Below, one piece after another: positions 39,601 to 53,600 of a stretch of DNA of 64,000 bases. Position 1 is the stretch's first letter. Every line of letters starts with the position of its first letter. Below the pieces are notes generated by a model. The model did no database searches and was not told where the DNA came from. It saw nothing but the letters and a program-made list of their open reading frames with translations. The translations under genes were made by a program, and so were the position numbers. This stretch comes from Hydrolagus colliei (lineage: Eukaryota), in the NCBI GenBank assembly GCA_035084275.1, contig CM068768.1, forward strand, positions 7,626,001 through 7,690,000, written 5' to 3'.

Positions 39601-42600
39601 AGATAAAAATTCAGAGTCTCTTAAAATTAGGAATTGAATTTCTCCCTGACTAGTGTTTCACTGTTCACAGTGGAGATCCAGTGCCCGTGCTTTGCGTTTG
39701 CACAGAGAAGCAACATTACTTTTATTCCCCTGTGCTTGCCACTCATTCAAATTGCATGTACACTCTGGTGGGGCAGGAACAGAGCTGCTGTTGTGCTTTG
39801 GCTGTCATTTTGGGTGTTAATTGCAAATCTTACAGATGGGTAAGTGTGCTTTCCTTCTGTTTGTTGTGATTTATTTTAAACGACTCAATTATTTCTGTTC
39901 GCCTCGCTTCCTCGAATTTAAACTTTCCAATTTATCCCCCCCAAAACGCAGGAATTCTGCCTCATTGGGCCAAAGTCGTTTCTTAAATTTTTTTTCCATT
40001 ATTTTTGCAACGCGTCGCTTTTGTGCTGGAGGGAATTGGAATGGTAAATCAAACAGAAATGGACCCACTTCGCTTGCCAGTATTTCCCTTTCTATTTATA
40101 GTGGCAGTACTGTAATATCACATCTCGATGACATGATAAGGCGCTGTACCAAATGCAAGTATTATTATTATCAGCAATGCCGAGCACTACTATGTGCAGC
40201 TATCACCAAAGATCCACAAGAATTATTCTGGTGCCACAATAACTTAATTCACTTTTCAATTGAAACATAAATATTTGGTGCCACTTTTTTTTGTTTCCAC
40301 TGTTTCATTTTACATCCCTAGCACCACTCTACTAAACAGGTAAGAGTGCATTATGGTAAGCTGCGCTTGTGCCTGGCCTTTGATCAGCATCTTTGTAGGA
40401 GGAGAGAAAATAATCTGTATTAGGGTAATTACTGTAGTACTGTACTGCCGTCATTCCTACCATTGCTAGGGTCTATTACAGCTTGTATTGTTGCCTGTCA
40501 AGTGAGCTTAGTACTCTTTCACGAAGGGTTTTGTCGAAAAACCATTTACAGAGATGATGTATAATACTAAACGGGTAGGAGGAAAGTGACCATAAACACG
40601 GTTGAAGGTGGGTTTTCAGAAGCTTTTAAAGAAAGACCCAGAGGAGATGAGGCAGAGCGGATTTAGGCTTTGGCAGGAAAATAGTACCCAGAATCTTTCA
40701 AGCTGCCCATCTAATCATTTCAATGAATTTTGTGTTTGTCGGGACTATTTTACTCGGCTCAGCCCTGCAGTGGCAGAGAGGTCAGCATCAAGTTCCCTCT
40801 CTGCACTACTCCAGCAACGTGTCCCTGTAACCAGTGTGGCATCTGTATCCTCACACCTTCAGCTGCTTGGGAGTTCTGCTTCCAATTTAGCAGTCGGCAG
40901 TTGGTGCTGTGTATTCATGACCATGCCTTATACATAGGACAACCCACCTAATTCTGGGTTGGATTCAAACCTCACTGCAAGGATTGAAAGGGCATTATTC
41001 TAACCCAACTGCAACTTGCAATGATTTTTGTTTGTTGCAAAATTCTGCCATGCTCATGCCTACTGATCAAACTGCTTATTCTTTAACTTAGGTTAACTGC
41101 TTTTTTTTTCCAAAACAAGGATTTTTAAGATTGTGTTCTTAAATATAAGGCTTTTTTATTATATGTCATGGAAGGAAAAGGGTAGGCTCGCAAACCTAGA
41201 TTGTCATGATCCCTACCCCCAAAACAGAAGTGTAATGTAGAGGAAGAGTTAATGGAAAGTGGTGAAATCCTTTACACTTCTAAGCTTAATGTCAACAAGG
41301 TTAAGTTTATTTAAAAGGTGAGAAGATGAACTTTCTCATATAATGCACTTTGGGAAGAACTCCCTCCTGTGCAAGTGGTTATCACTGCCTTTTGCCTCCA
41401 GTGTTGGAATGCAGTACTAAGCAGTTTATGGGAAACAGATGCTTTTTGTTTTATTCAGTGCTGCCTGACATTGTCCTGTTGGCAATATTAAAAATATTTT
41501 CAAAGCTAACTTAAATTATAGTGTCTCCTAAGTAAATATGTTGGATAAATACCCTGGGGAGTTTCAAGATGCCTGTCATTGACTTTTGGCATTCTTCAAA
41601 AGGCTTGGCCACAAGCTCAGCTTTAGTTTTTTTTTCATAACGTATTTTAAAAGGCAACTGATTTTTTTAATGTGATGTTGTGACCTCCAACCTCTCAGTA
41701 CAAAGGATCTAGTATTTACAACAAATGTCTTCCTTCAGAAACTGCGAATCATCTTTTCAAACTTCCTGTTTCTGACAGCAGCTGAAAGAGTTTATGATAA
41801 ATGTCATTTGCCGATTTGCTTTAGGCACATTCTGTGTGTTACAGTGTTGCTCAATAAGTCTTTTTGCAATAATTAGACTCATTCAAGGGGGTCTGTTGAT
41901 AGATTCTGGGAAGGAAGGTCAAGGTTAACAATCTGCCTAAACCACAGATCTCTTTAAGAAAAACATAAAACTTCCTTTAACTAGTGATCAGGATAATATC
42001 TCTTTTAATTATAGTAAGAACACAAGCACAATTGCTGTTTTGCAGTGCAACAGAGATGGTTTTTAAAAAATCCCTCTTGCCACTTGATGCGCAACCTGCA
42101 ATCTGTTACACAATCATTTTTCAATATTTATACTTTGCACACACGGTGAGCTGCTGATCTCAGCTGTGGTCATCTGGAAAGACTCCAAGCAGAGGCAAGG
42201 TGCCTCGCCATAAAAGGAGGGAGGCAAACTTCGGAAGGGCAAGGTCGCTATGAGACATTCTTCACCGACCACTTTGTGGTGGAGGCAAAAGACCAGAAGA
42301 GGGGTCATTTGGTTGTCTGCTTGATGGAGAGTTTGCACGTGATCGGAGAGGAGGAGGAAGACATTGTGAGAAATATAAATGTAAATAAAGGCATCCATTC
42401 TGCTTTCTCCCACACGGGGCTTCGGTTGTCTTTGAACTGTGAGGTCTCGTTGGTTTTTGGGTGTTGATGACAGACATGGATAGCTTAGTAGTCGCAGTGT
42501 TACCAGCATGAGAGCAAGTCACCCTCTCAATGAGGGAATGTGTGTCTTGGTGTGGTGAAAGGTAAAGTGAATATCATCGCGCACACAGCCATTGAACATA

Positions 42601-42796
42601 GATAATTTTAGTAGAAAGGTGAACTGGAATAACCAGTGAGTCCGCAGTGATCGTGTAGAGCATTCGGTGGAAGAAACGCGGTGTAGAGGGTGGAAGAACG
42701 ACCTTCCGAGGAACTGTTAAAACAAATATCTATTCGAATGGCTGCGAATTGTGGACCCAAACTTTAAAAAAAAAACTATATGTTCACATTCCACAG

Positions 42797-42974
42797 CAAT
42801 TCATGGACCAACAACGCATGCAACAGCTTCACGTGTACCAGGCTTCTGTAGCCATGGGAAGCATGTCTGTGACCGACCGGCATCGACCTCTATGTAGAGC
42901 TCAATCATCACCAGCCTCTGCAAATTTAAAAACTCCCGTTACAGAGAGCCCCATCAAGCATCTTTTCACTACTG
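42797..42974 (+). CDS. HDAC5: HDAC5 exon: QFMDQQRMQQLHVYQAS...HRPLCRAQSSPASANLKTPVTESPIKHLFTT (third 14-3-3 site)
   Basis: Acceptor ttccacag|, donor G|gtaagg. Confidence 0.94.
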
Positions 42975-43611
42975 GTAAGGGCATCAATTATATGTGCATT
43001 TAAAAAAAAAAATTTACATCTATATTTTGAAAACTCTTATGTACAATAAAGTCATCGACAATGATTTAAAAAGTCTGATTATAGAGATTACATATCACAC
43101 CATTTTTGTGGTTTAGAGATGTTAAGTTAGTTTGTACACTACTGAAAGCTGTCTTATACTTGGCTTCAGTATGATCTGTGTGTGTATCTGAATATAAATG
43201 TTTGTTTGCTTGTGAAGCAAAGGGTTTTTGGTGACTTTATGGTAATACCAGTTCTTTAGAGCTTCAATTACTCACAGTTTACATCTGTGAATTGGCCTAC
43301 ATTGTGGGATTGGAAACTCAGTGAGTTATAATATTTGAATCCATCCCCGATTGACAAAATTACTACTCCTTCCCGATTAAATACACTGAGCTTAGTCACT
43401 CTTTACCCACTTCCGAGTTGGGTTCAAATCCACAGCAGAAAAATGTCCACAGTTGGCAAATTGACTCATTCAAAGGCTCTTAGGATAGTTGGTGTGGGAA
43501 CTGGAAATGTTTCATTGCTGCAGTAAAAAAAACATTTTCCAAAGTTCAGGTTAAAATAAGTTATCCATAGCTAACAGAAATAGTTGTTTGTAAATTGCTC
43601 ATTTAAATTCT

Positions 43612-43763
43612 TGACTGTTTGTGGGGACACTACTGTGCGCAATTGGCTGCTGCGTTTCGCCCATAAATATACAGTCAGTTTGCTTTACAATAAATTCTGT
43701 GAAACTCCTTGAGACATCTAGAAGATGTGAAAAGCACTATATCAAATGCAAGGATTATTATTA
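43612..43763 (+). mobile_element. 5'-truncated copy of the same SINE
   Basis: gactgtttgtggggacactactgtgcgcaattggctgc...aaatgcaaggattattatt. Confidence 0.85.
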
Positions 43764-44064
43764 TGACAAAGCAGAGTGCAGTTTACCCTACATTTGACTG
43801 CCTCATACTTAAGCAGAGTACTTTGTCCAGATATACTGTTGGTGGGAATTGGAAAATCTGTTTCATTCCGAAACACGGATATTCACTAAAAGAGCGTTTA
43901 ATTTGAGAAAGTGGCATCAATTAATTGAAATCATCTCAGAGCGATGGGTGGCTAAAATAACTTGGCTCCAATTAAACTCAGAAAAAGTGCATCTATTGTT
44001 AAAACACTGATCATTTGGCTCATGATCTGAGAGCAACCCTTACTGATGTTCGTTTTCTCTCTAG

Positions 44065-44198
44065 GTTTGGTCTATGACACTTTCATGCTGAAACACCAGT
44101 GTACATGCGGTAATACTAACAACCATCCAGAGCATGCAGGGAGAATACAGAGCGTTTGGTCCAGGCTCCAGGAAACTGGGCTGCTCAGCAAGTGTGAG
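44065..44198 (+). CDS. HDAC5: HDAC5 exon: [45 protein letters not shown] (start of HDAC domain, structural Zn ligands)
   Basis: Acceptor ctctctag|, donor GAG|gtaaga; [10 protein letters not shown] motif. Confidence 0.97.
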
Positions 44199-47100
44199 GT
44201 AAGAAGGTAGGGAGAGTGACGGACAAGACTCATAGGCTATCCAAAAATGCTGGAGTCAAATACAGTTTCCCAAGAATGAATGATTAAGAGGATTACTTCA
44301 ACTATCAAATGTTGACTTTTCAACTGTGACGTGAACTAACCATTGCAAACACAAAACTCTTGTGTTCCATTCAAAGCAAATATTTTTTTCCACTTTCCCT
44401 GCATTGACTTTCTTTAAAATGTTTTTTTTTGAATACACCAATCCTTGTTAAGGACTTTAAAACGTGCTCATCGTATTTTCTTTCTATCGATCTTAAAAGG
44501 AAAAGTCACTGAACATTTCATTAAATGAAATGTGAGTGGGGGGTGGGGTGGGGCCATGTTCTGAAATTGTGCCCAGTTCTTAACTGCAACTGGAAATTGT
44601 GTTGGAAGCATCCATATGTTATGGGTCCAGGGTTTCAAAAGTGACTAACTTGTGCAACTGCAATAGCAAATACACTGGTTCCTAATCCAAAACCCATCTG
44701 ATCCGCGTCTGTTACATTTTATTTTATTGGCCTTAGAAATTAGTGTTTGTGTTGGATGTGTGGGACAGCGCTTATCTATCAGACTGCGTTATTTTCTAGA
44801 ATGATTAGCAGTTGCCATTTTCAGGTGCAAAACATTTCAAAGTAGTTGTGAGCTACTGTATGAGTGTATTGTTGAACTCCACAGCCATGTTTAGGCTGAA
44901 CAAAAAAAAGAAATAGTCCTATATTTACTAGGTAGAAAGCAAGAATGAGGAAACTTAGTGTAATTGGACGTTCGAATAGTATTATTTCAACTCTGGCATT
45001 TGGGTTACGCTCCAACTCAAACTGGATTTTAAAATGAACGGAAGCAATTTAAACCCAATGTAAGGTAGGCATGCAGCCAGAGTACAAATCTGTACACTAA
45101 TATGGGAATCCTGCTTGAAGCATCTATAAAAATATACAGTGTGCGAAAATATCCTTCTGTGGCAGAATGTTTTTTTTTAAGTTGGCTTGTGTGTCTGTTG
45201 CAGTGTAATGAATTGCAATACTTGCATTGCATCTATCTCTTGCAACACGTCACTGGGAAGTGTTTGCTGCCACGGGATATATACCAGTACATTCTTTATC
45301 ATCAGTGTTGTCCTGCACTTTAGTGAATATAAATCCAGTCTCAAATAAAAAGGTGTTGGTTTTCTCTCGCTAGAAGAAAGAAATATACGGGAGTGTAGAA
45401 GAAAGTTTAACCTTACAGACTGACTCCCTGTCGAGTTAGATTCAATCAAACTTTAGATTCCATGTAAACTTTCTATAGTTTCACTTAATACCTCTCTTTT
45501 TGCTTTCCTGGTGGCATGGTTTCCAGACCTTTTATTTGTTATGGCTCTTTCTGTTCTGGGCAGCGTCCCCAATTCTTACTACTGTCCTGTTTTTAGGTAT
45601 CGCGTAAGTCAAACAGTTGTAATCCTACCTTTTGTATAATGTATCTGTACCTAGCTCTGTCATATCTCCACTATGTATGTATTGTATGTGTAAATAAAAC
45701 CTTCAATAAAATGTTATCAAAGAAACAAAAAATGGGAAAGTACAATATATGTCCAGACGCTGGAGAGAAACCCAATGAGAGTATAGATGAATTGGAAAGA
45801 TTTTTTTCCCTCACCACGCCCCCCCCAAAAAAATAACAGTCTTTGGATTGTTGTATAATATATACTAACTATTTCCTACCTCAGCGAAACACTGTGATTT
45901 TTAATACCCTCTTTTGAATCAGCGATGTTCTAATCTGTGCATTCACACTCACACGTTGTTGTATGCTTTTGTGAACACCAATGCGGCACTTCCGACTGTA
46001 ACTAACGTTCTCCTCAAAAGCACTCGATCTTCTCAGCAGCACAATATTAACGGTATGTTACTGATTCCATTTCCTCACTTCAAAATCCTAGTTAGTATAT
46101 ATTATATAAACTGAAAGATGCTGTGGAGAGAGAGATAAAGGCACCAATTCAGTTTCGGGGTGGGGGGGGCAGGGAGAGGATTAACTTTACTCATAAACCA
46201 CTCCCAACTGCTTTGTTGTGGTTTATGACAAGATTGAAATTATTACTGTATTTTGCTATGTATAAAGCACACTTTATTTGGCATTTTGACCTAAAAGTGC
46301 ACGTTATACATGGGTGTAATATAATAATTCTCAGGTGCCCCTGCTGAAGTTTCATCCACTTCTCCTTCAACTAACGTTTGAAATTGATTAACTTTTCGAG
46401 ATTTATAGTTCTCTCATTTCTCAGCAGCAGAGTTATTTAGAAAAATAACTTTTCTAAATTCTGCCATTTCCTTAACAGATTTGCTAACAAGTCGTTCACT
46501 TTGGCAGTTCTCACAACTACCTTCCCTGTGTTTAATGAACACTTACTAAAGTAACTTGTCTTTCCCCTTTGTCCTTCCCTACCCCACCCACCCCCTCCCT
46601 TTACTAATTAAAGTGTGCGTTGTAAACCAATGTGCGTTATACTCAGACAATACAGTGGCTTGAATCACAGCTTGTCACTCCCTCAGCAGCATTCATTTTA
46701 TGTAATGAACTATCTTGATTCATGAAGTCTTTTGTCCCCTTTACAGCAAAACAAAACTTTTTTTCCCCCCACCTGCCTCTCTTAACATGCACATCCACAC
46801 GCCACATTTTACAGCGACGGTCCAGCATTTTTGCAGGTTCCGGGGGTCTGTTCACATGCCTGAGTCGCTGTTAGGCGCGTCAGCCATTGATTTTTTATTG
46901 ACAAATAACCCGAGCAGCAGCCAACGCGTCAAAAGTGTTGCGTAGATCCGAAGCAAAATGAGCATCACACTTTTCACTTGGAAAGTTGGTCAGTCGCTAC
47001 AGGGCACCTACCAGCAACTAAGCCAGTGTGTGCTTGCAGGTTCAGAGTGTTTCATTGCTACAAGCACCTGCCGTTTCTGCATATTCATAAAGCATATTTG

Positions 47101-47529
47101 AATCCAATATGAAATTGGGTTAGCATAGAGGAGCCATCAATACTACTGCACTGGCATTCTGCCATGACAATCCTCTGACAAGTGCCACCTAAACGATTAA
47201 CCCTTTGAGTAATGAATGTTATGTGCAGCGTTTGAAACCTACGTATTTTCTGTCTTTATGTCTGTTGGGGCGGTGGGGAGGGGTGGGTGTCGGTTCATCA
47301 TTTTTTTTTCTCCCTAATAAATTTATTGTGGTGAATATTATAGTTAAAGGTGAGGTGGGGGGAGGAGGGAGGGGTTGGCGGTGTATATGAAAGCACAAAA
47401 CCTTTTTAATTTACAGTATTCTTAAGATTAAATATTTTTTATTATTTTATTTAAAAAGTTCTTTTTTTTAATAAAAAAAAAGCTTTTTGACTGGTGGAAA
47501 AATGCTACTGCAGTTCCTCAAAGGGTTAA

Positions 47530-47679
<150 letters not shown>

Positions 47680-48308
47680 TAGTTATCACCCCATAATTCA
47701 AATTTAATCTATAATAGAGGGGATGGGAGGGGGGGTGAAAACGCACAAACCTGCCAACAGTTTACATTCTATGACTCCTTCATTTTAACTTGAAAGACCT
47801 TTTGCATCGTGAATATCTTATCTCCTGTTGCGTTTATTTGCTGCCCTGAAAGTTAGCCCGTTCTTAATGCTCGGCTCAGTAAATGTCCAGTCAATCCACT
47901 TCACAGGATATTCTGTGAAGCCTTTGAGATGTCTTAACGCCTTGTCGCATCTTAACTATGATAAGGAGGCGCTATATTAAATGTAACGATTATTATTATG
48001 CCAACTGAGAATCCACTGGATTATATGAGTTCATCTAGTTGTAATATTATTTTGAAATAATCCCCAAATCTTAATCCTTATCAATTCAAAACTTGGGACA
48101 TCGTGCATAAAAATTGAGAATTTCTGAAGCTGCAGCTAAAATATGTCTCAGTACCAGTTGGTTGTATCATTTGTTAATTCTCAGAAACCAAATGTTACAT
48201 AAGTGTTTTTAATCTTTTCACAATTTCCCAAGAGAAGAAAGTAACTAGTGTCAACTTTGTACCATTGACTGACGCCTTAAAGAGTATTTTGTTGGCATGT
48301 TTGTCTAG

Positions 48309-48358
48309 GTCCTATTACACAGAAGATGTATGCACTGCTACCCTGTGGTGGACTTGGG
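48309..48358 (+). CDS. HDAC5: HDAC5 exon: GPITQKMYALLPCGGLG
   Basis: Acceptor ttgtctag|, donor GGG|gtgagt; 50 nt; LPCGG motif. Confidence 0.95.
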
Positions 48359-49082
48359 GTGAGTACAGTCAAGCATAGCTCTTTGCTTAAAAATAATTAA
48401 GTACATTTGGTTTGTCTTCGCTTTATCACAGAGCCAAACATTGCCCCTTCTGCTCTGTTTCTTGTCCCAACATCAGCAACGTTGTCAGGTGCTGGACACC
48501 CTTGATAAACACAAACATTCATAGTGTCGTAATTGATGCCTTGCAGATATATTTACTTCAGAATAGGCTGTGTGCAGAGGAGTGATTGAACATGCGTTAA
48601 CCCTGCACTGCTTCGTTTAACCCTATTCAAGTTAAACACCTACAAACTGCTGACAAAATCCACACCGGAATAGATTTTTGCACTTTTTTATTGATTGATT
48701 TTTCACTCTGACAAAAAGTAGTTGATTGGGTGGGGGGTGGGGGGAGTGAGTTAACTAAGCCGAACTTCTCAAACGCAGAGCAGGCAGTGTGGCATTCTCA
48801 TTTTGTTCAATGACTGACTCTTTTGAGCGTTGCACCAGAATTTCCACGCCATATTTGCGAAGGATTAAAAAGATGTGCAAGTTGCGCTTCGATTTCGATC
48901 CGTGTAATAAACTGTATCTGTTTAACCAGTTCTGCGACACTCCAGCATTTATTCCAGAATGCAGTCGTGATTCATTATACAGTACAATCATTAAAACGGT
49001 TGTTCTTATTGGAACTAATAAGAGATTTTACAAAGGTTTGAACTCTCCCGACTGTAGCCAAGTGTCATTACAAAGGGAACGT

Positions 49083-49398
49083 GAGCTCTTGTAGCTCAGG
49101 GGTTAGAGCACTCGCCTTACAAGAGTGAGATCTGTGTTCGAATCCAGGCAGATCAGGGCAAAACCATGGGCAATTTTCCTTACTCCGCGCGCCTAATAAT
49201 CGTCCAAGAAAAAACACAATAATAAAAACTGATCATTTTCAATCCACGACTGTTTGTGGGGACACTACTGTGCACAATCGGCTGCCGCGTTTCACCCACA
49301 AATGTCCAGTCAATTCACTTTACAGTATATTCTGTGAAGGCGCTTTGAGACATCGATAATGAAAAAAGCGCTATATCAAATGCAAGGATTATTATTAT
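49083..49398 (+). mobile_element. tRNA-derived SINE, full length
   Basis: A box tagctcagggg, B box gttcgaatcc, shared body and (ATT)n tail. Confidence 0.9.
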
Positions 49399-49830
49399 AA
49401 CACTGTGATTACAGTTTGTTATAATATTGCTTTGCTGCATCACTTAAAACTAGGAAGAAAATGTGTCCTTGGAAACCCCAGCTATTTTTGTATAAAGGAA
49501 GTGATTGAAAGGACAGTCTGCCTTTTAAGAATATTCCCAATCCTGCTTAGTAGCTTTGCAGTCTTCAAGCCAAGAGACAGACACTTTGTTAGTATGCGTC
49601 TGTGATACTTAATGTGCTTTCAAATATTTCATGCCTCCGTTATCTTTTTTTAAATGACATAGAAAAATCCCTACCCTTTGCAGCTACATTGTAGAATTAC
49701 AAGGGCTTCAGTTCAGTTTATGGTGAGGTATCTTTGTGTTTGAATGCATCACTGTTAGCATCTTTTTATCCTCTCGCTTTTACATTCAAATGAGTAATGT
49801 GGTTCCTGGCATGCCAGTTCACTGCAGGCA

Positions 49831-49840
49831 CTATTTTTAG
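49831..49840. promoter_or_regulatory. Canonical MEF2 site CTATTTTTAG
   Basis: Exact CTA(A/T)4TAG match, with a CAGCTG E-box at 49864-49869. Confidence 0.3.
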
Positions 49841-50287
49841 CTGTTACAACAAAGTAAAGACTGCAGCTGAGTTCATAGGCCACTTCCTTGTTCCTCCCCT
49901 GCCGCACTCTCTCTCTCTCTCTCTTTCTCTCTGTTTCCCTCTTCCCCCACCACAACCGTCTATCATTCCTAGTGTTTTTTTTACATAGAAGTGTAGGGCA
50001 TGTCAGTCGCAGACGGATTTGGATTTATTCCTTCTTCTGCTGCAATTTGTTGCTTGCTGAAAATTGAGCGATGGCAACCGTGCACTGTCTCTCCGCTACC
50101 AGTATTGGATGCAAGCTCTTCCTGAATACTAATTTTCAGCTGTCAAAGGGAATACATAAGATACCTTCCCAAAGTCCTGACAGGACATACGTATGTGCAG
50201 CTACAGGAATGTCTGTCTGCCTGGCAACCTTTCTGTACCGAAACCCCAGCCCGAATGAAGTATTTATCCTGAATGCACTCCTTCGTT

Positions 50288-50600
50288 GATTCCTGTAGCT
50301 CAGTGGTTAGAGCACTCTCCTTACAAGCGTGAGTCCTGTAATCGAATCCAGGCAGGTCAGGGTGAAACCTTGGGCAAGTTTCCTTACTCCTCACACATGC
50401 CTAATAACAATCCCTCAAAAAAACACAATAATAAAGTTGGTCATTTCAGGATTCACGACTGTTTGTGGGACATTGCTGAGTGCAGTTGGCTGTCGCGTTT
50501 CACACAAATGTACGGTCAATTCACTTTACCTTGAAGCGCTTCGAGACGTCTATAAGACATGGAAAGAGCTATAACAAATGCAAGGATTGTTATTATTATT
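50288..50600 (+). mobile_element. tRNA-derived SINE, full length
   Basis: A box tagctcagtgg, B-box-like atcgaatcc, shared body and (ATT)n tail. Confidence 0.88.
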
Positions 50601-53600
50601 AAAAGCCTGCAAAAGCAATTGAAATGTGGGGCCTTTTCCCACTTTGATCCAGTATCGTATAGTTCCTGTTGTCAGTAATGATACTGACCTGAGATTCACT
50701 AAAGGGATAAGGTCGCAAGCAAGTGTCCTCTCCTTAGAAGCAAGGATGGGGTTTTCCTTCCATTCATGCCCAGAGTGAAAATGAAAATCGAAGAAAAGGT
50801 TACAAAATACCGAACAGTTTCAGTCTTGTCATTTTATACTGGCAGATTAAACACGGCCTTTCAATCATAAAACTTCTGTTCAGATCAAACATATGAAGGA
50901 AAGGCATATCTCAGTTGACTGTTAAAATCTATTCAACCTGTCACAGAAATAGCCTCAGGAAAGCAAAGAGTTAACTTGTACATCATGAGGTAGAGATTAC
51001 GGTTGAGATCTTTCTCTACCAGTTAATGTGGTTCTCATCAACTGCCAACATCAAAGCTCTCACAGGCTCGTGTTTGTTTTATTTCCCTTTAATCAAAACT
51101 ATCTTCAATTTCCCTTGCTACCCAGGCAGAAATTGGTAACAGACTAGTGATCAGCAGTTTTTTGTGACTGTGAAACCGATTGATGTCACAGCTCACCATA
51201 TGCCAAATTATCAGATTTGAAACTGTTAACACACTGAGAGAAGCGGTATTTGTATTTTAATGAAATCATCTGTACAGTACGAACATTTAATGCGTCGTCG
51301 ATACACAGGTGGTGAGCTGTCTCTGAAAAACTGTTAGGATTCAGAATTAAAGAGTTCCAAGTACTGAATCGCAGACTTGATCAATAAAACACTGGTGATC
51401 AAGTTATGGATCCAGTGATGTAAAGGCTTTTATTCTCTGCATTGTTTCATGTATTTCCTGCTCAAAAGATCAGAGAATAATTCTATAAGAGGGATAATAT
51501 CAGAGGGTTCAAGGAATTGGGATTATGCTGCAAAATTTCCATGAATCCAAGAGAGTAGTTTTTAATAGATGAAAAAGTTACTGTCATAATCTGCTACTTT
51601 CGATATTGATCTGCAGCAAAAGAATAAACTGCTTTGTGTTCGGACTTGCAGCATTGCTTCACTGTTAATTTAACTGCAAGCTCCAGTTGTTTGGGAGGAC
51701 GAAAGATAGTGTGTGACAGGGGAGGAGGTAAATCGACTGAAAAGAGAGAAGCAGTAAAAGATCAGAATGGGAATGGAGGAAGAGTTACCCAATTGGGTGG
51801 GGGGAAGGTTGTGGCTGGAAATAAAGAATGAGCGAGGACAAGGCAGAGGCAGGAAAATTAATCTAGAGAATTGGGGAAATTTGAAGAAAAATCTGAAGGC
51901 CGAAATCAATGCAGTGGATGTTCTTGTGAGATGAGTTACCTGTGCGGCATGATTGCAAATGATACATTTGCAGTTTCCTCCCAACAGCGTTCGACCTGTG
52001 CTAACATTCTTTTAGTTGCACTTTTTTTGTCTTGAGGTTAATAGCACTCAGCAAATACAGTATGTAGGTTCACTTAACAATCCTTTAGTTTTGAAATAAT
52101 CAAACGGTAACTTTTGAAGGTTATTTTCGTCTACTTGGTAAAGTTCAATGCACTGACTGACAAATGCAATATATCGCCTTTCTGGAATTAAGTCGTTTTT
52201 CATTCTGCTTGGCTCGCACTCCAGCCTGTCACTCCCAGGCTTGCACGCGAGATTCTGAGAGGAACTTCAAAGTTAGCACCATTTTATTTGTGTTCCAGTA
52301 TCTCTTCTCTTGGTAACTGGCAGAGAAACGAGAGCTTTCGTGAGCGATTATACAGGGGGAGAAATTATTATTTTTTAAATTGTTCCGTAGTTGTTTTACT
52401 TATAGCTTATATTTTGAAAAAAATTAGCAATTTGATTTCTTTTTTTTAAAAATAGCATCAACAACAAAATCATGACCGGCAGTGCAGCTTCTACTGATTT
52501 TAAACGGATGATTTCCTTTTTGACGCACATTACTTCACAAACTGAAAAAATTATTGTGACCAGACTGAAGGACATCTGGGTTACAAACACTCGACCTATA
52601 GCATCAGGCTTTTATACCTACAAGTATCTTGGCACGTGAAAATCAGCTGTGGCATGAACCAAACATTTTTTTTTAATGCAATTAAAGTGATATAAATCTG
52701 GTATTTGGCTTTTTTTTAAATCCATTTCCGAACCTCTTTGAATGTTCCATATCCACTAAATCAGCCAGGCACTGTGATGGTTTATGTAATAGACCAAACT
52801 CGTCTGGTGTCTTAAGCAGGTTAATCTAAAAATGGGGCGAAAGTGTTTTGTTTTGCTTCCCTTTCATACTCGCTCTGTATTGCTTTGTAGTCCAGCCACT
52901 GCTTCTATCACAGCGTCTGAGCGATTTCAAAGCAGAGTCATATCTTCAAATGTCAAAGCTGAACAGTGACCCTAATGAAATATGATTTAAAATGTATCAA
53001 AATAGCAAAGCTTACACGCGCTCCTCCCTTGGAGTCTGAATTCTATCTCCCACTGACGGGGGCTGCAGAACAGAATTTTTTTTCCCCCAGTGACAATGCC
53101 AAACACTTCTAGGTTAGGTCAGATGTGATGCAGAACAGAGATGTCGCTTAATCCCCCCACGTTGACCCACCAACACAATATTTCCATATTATAAATCAGG
53201 TTGTATGATATTTTCTTTCTTCATAAATGCATTTTGTCAGGTTGGGTTTTGTGTCTGAGCTGAATATCAGCACTTTGCTCCTCACATCTCCCGGTTCCTC
53301 TTTGTCTCGATTCAAATGAACCATGGATAGTGCCTAAGGTCTAATTCCTTAGTTGACCGCGTTCATGAATAGATTGAGAAGATTATGCAGTATTTGTGGA
53401 AATTCTTGAAAATTCTGTTCTAATTTGGAAGCTGTTTTTTAAGCATTTTGTACTCCTGCTGAAAATTTGCTTCTAAATTGAGACTGAATTTAATTATTTG
53501 CCAAAATTAACAGCACATTACATCTCACACCATAAATCCTGAACATTATTAAGCCTAAAACCTAGAGAAATGTTGTTCCAGCGCTTTGGGATGTCCTCCT

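Noticed and set aside
49083-49155. tRNA gene from A and B boxes (also 6128, 36321, 50288, 56075)
   Set aside because: The boxes run into SINE bodies or L2-type tails, with no clear acceptor stem or poly-T terminator; these are SINE heads.
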